A stretch of DNA of 64,000 bases from Naegleria gruberi (lineage: Eukaryota): assembly GCA_000004985.1 (NCBI GenBank), contig GG738933.1. The stretch is one strand, 5' to 3'. The notes below the pieces were generated by a model. The model was given only the letters and a program-made list of their open reading frames with translations, ran no database searches and was not told the DNA's origin. The translations under genes and the position numbers were made by a program. Positions within the stretch are counted from its first letter, which is position 1. Each line of letters starts with the position of its first letter. Positions 63,736 to 64,000 of this stretch are shown here, piece by piece.

Positions 63736-64000
63736 TTAGTTTATCAACGATTGTTTATTGCTTTGTTTGATCTTGTCAGTATCTCTCCACAAGTAGAGTC
63801 TTCCAACAATTTGTTTCAAATCATGTGTTAAAATATAGGATTGATAAGCATCAGAATGAAGTGCTGCTAATAAATATTTTGGTCCAGCTCTAATCTTTAA
63901 ATCTTTACAAATTATTCTACATATAAATTTCAATTCATCTCCAGTTAACTTATCATTTACAAATTTCTTAAAAGCACGAATTTGATCTTCTTTCTTTGAT
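63736..64000 (-). CDS. Partial CDS (N-terminus lies beyond the window): ATP-dependent DNA ligase N-terminal DNA-binding-domain fragment, LIG4-like. It ends at a stop at 63736.
   Basis: LTGDELKFICRIICKDLKIRAGPKYLLAALHSDAYQSYILTHDLKQIVGRLYLWRD aligns with human LIG4 [50 protein letters not shown], the segment immediately before KPMLA. Confidence 0.6.
   Translation of the reverse strand, partial: SKKEDQIRAFKKFVNDKLTGDELKFICRIICKDLKIRAGPKYLLAALHSDAYQSYILTHDLKQIVGRLYLWRDTDKIKQSNKQSLIN

Noticed and set aside
1-64000. Prokaryotic or contaminant origin, CRISPR arrays, operons
   Set aside because: There are spliceosomal introns throughout, a eukaryotic tRNA with a Pol III terminator, poly-N/Q proteins, and no direct-repeat/spacer arrays.

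Overview
This window is gene-dense, AT-rich eukaryotic nuclear DNA with short spliceosomal introns of about 40-160 nt that use GTAAGT/GTATGT donors. Coding regions carry poly-Asn, poly-Gln and poly-His runs, genes have A-tracts before the ATG, and intergenic gaps are about 0.2-1 kb. This style fits a dictyostelid-like social amoeba best, although codon bias is milder than in D. discoideum; taxon assignment is inference only. The window is not prokaryotic: there are no operons and no CRISPR arrays. The six-frame track uses alternative start codons, so several starts were re-placed at the first ATG, and many short overlapping ORFs are frame artefacts or intron read-through. About 40 protein genes were called, plus one tRNA-Phe(GAA) and one apparently intact non-LTR retrotransposon of 5.4 kb. 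The retrotransposon has ORF1 and ORF2 (APE, RT, RNase H, Cys-His finger) joined by an overlapping ATGA, and it sits between perfect 17-bp target-site duplications. Loci worth a second look: (1) An ATP-dependent DNA ligase whose adjacent exons encode adenylation and OB domains, a TARG1-type macro domain and tandem BRCTs but no DNA-binding domain; a LIG4-like DNA-binding-domain fragment lies 3.8 kb away at the window edge, separated by three unrelated genes. (2) An inverted pair of intron-containing, secreted bacterial-type solute-binding (SBP_bac_3-like) paralogs. Between them lie an ABCG half-transporter with a degenerate Walker B, a 751-aa protein with a possible DUF4241-like C-terminus, and a 52-aa CxxC zinc-ribbon ORF. 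(3) An F-box protein carrying a Pol-beta-type nucleotidyltransferase motif. (4) A G-alpha-like protein with intact P-loop, switch I and switch II but degenerate NKxD and TCAT guanine-specificity motifs. (5) An EF-hand plus double beta-trefoil protein resembling hisactophilin or fascin. (6) A Gal4-type Zn2Cys6 transcription factor. Every domain call comes from reading motifs by eye; no database search was run.
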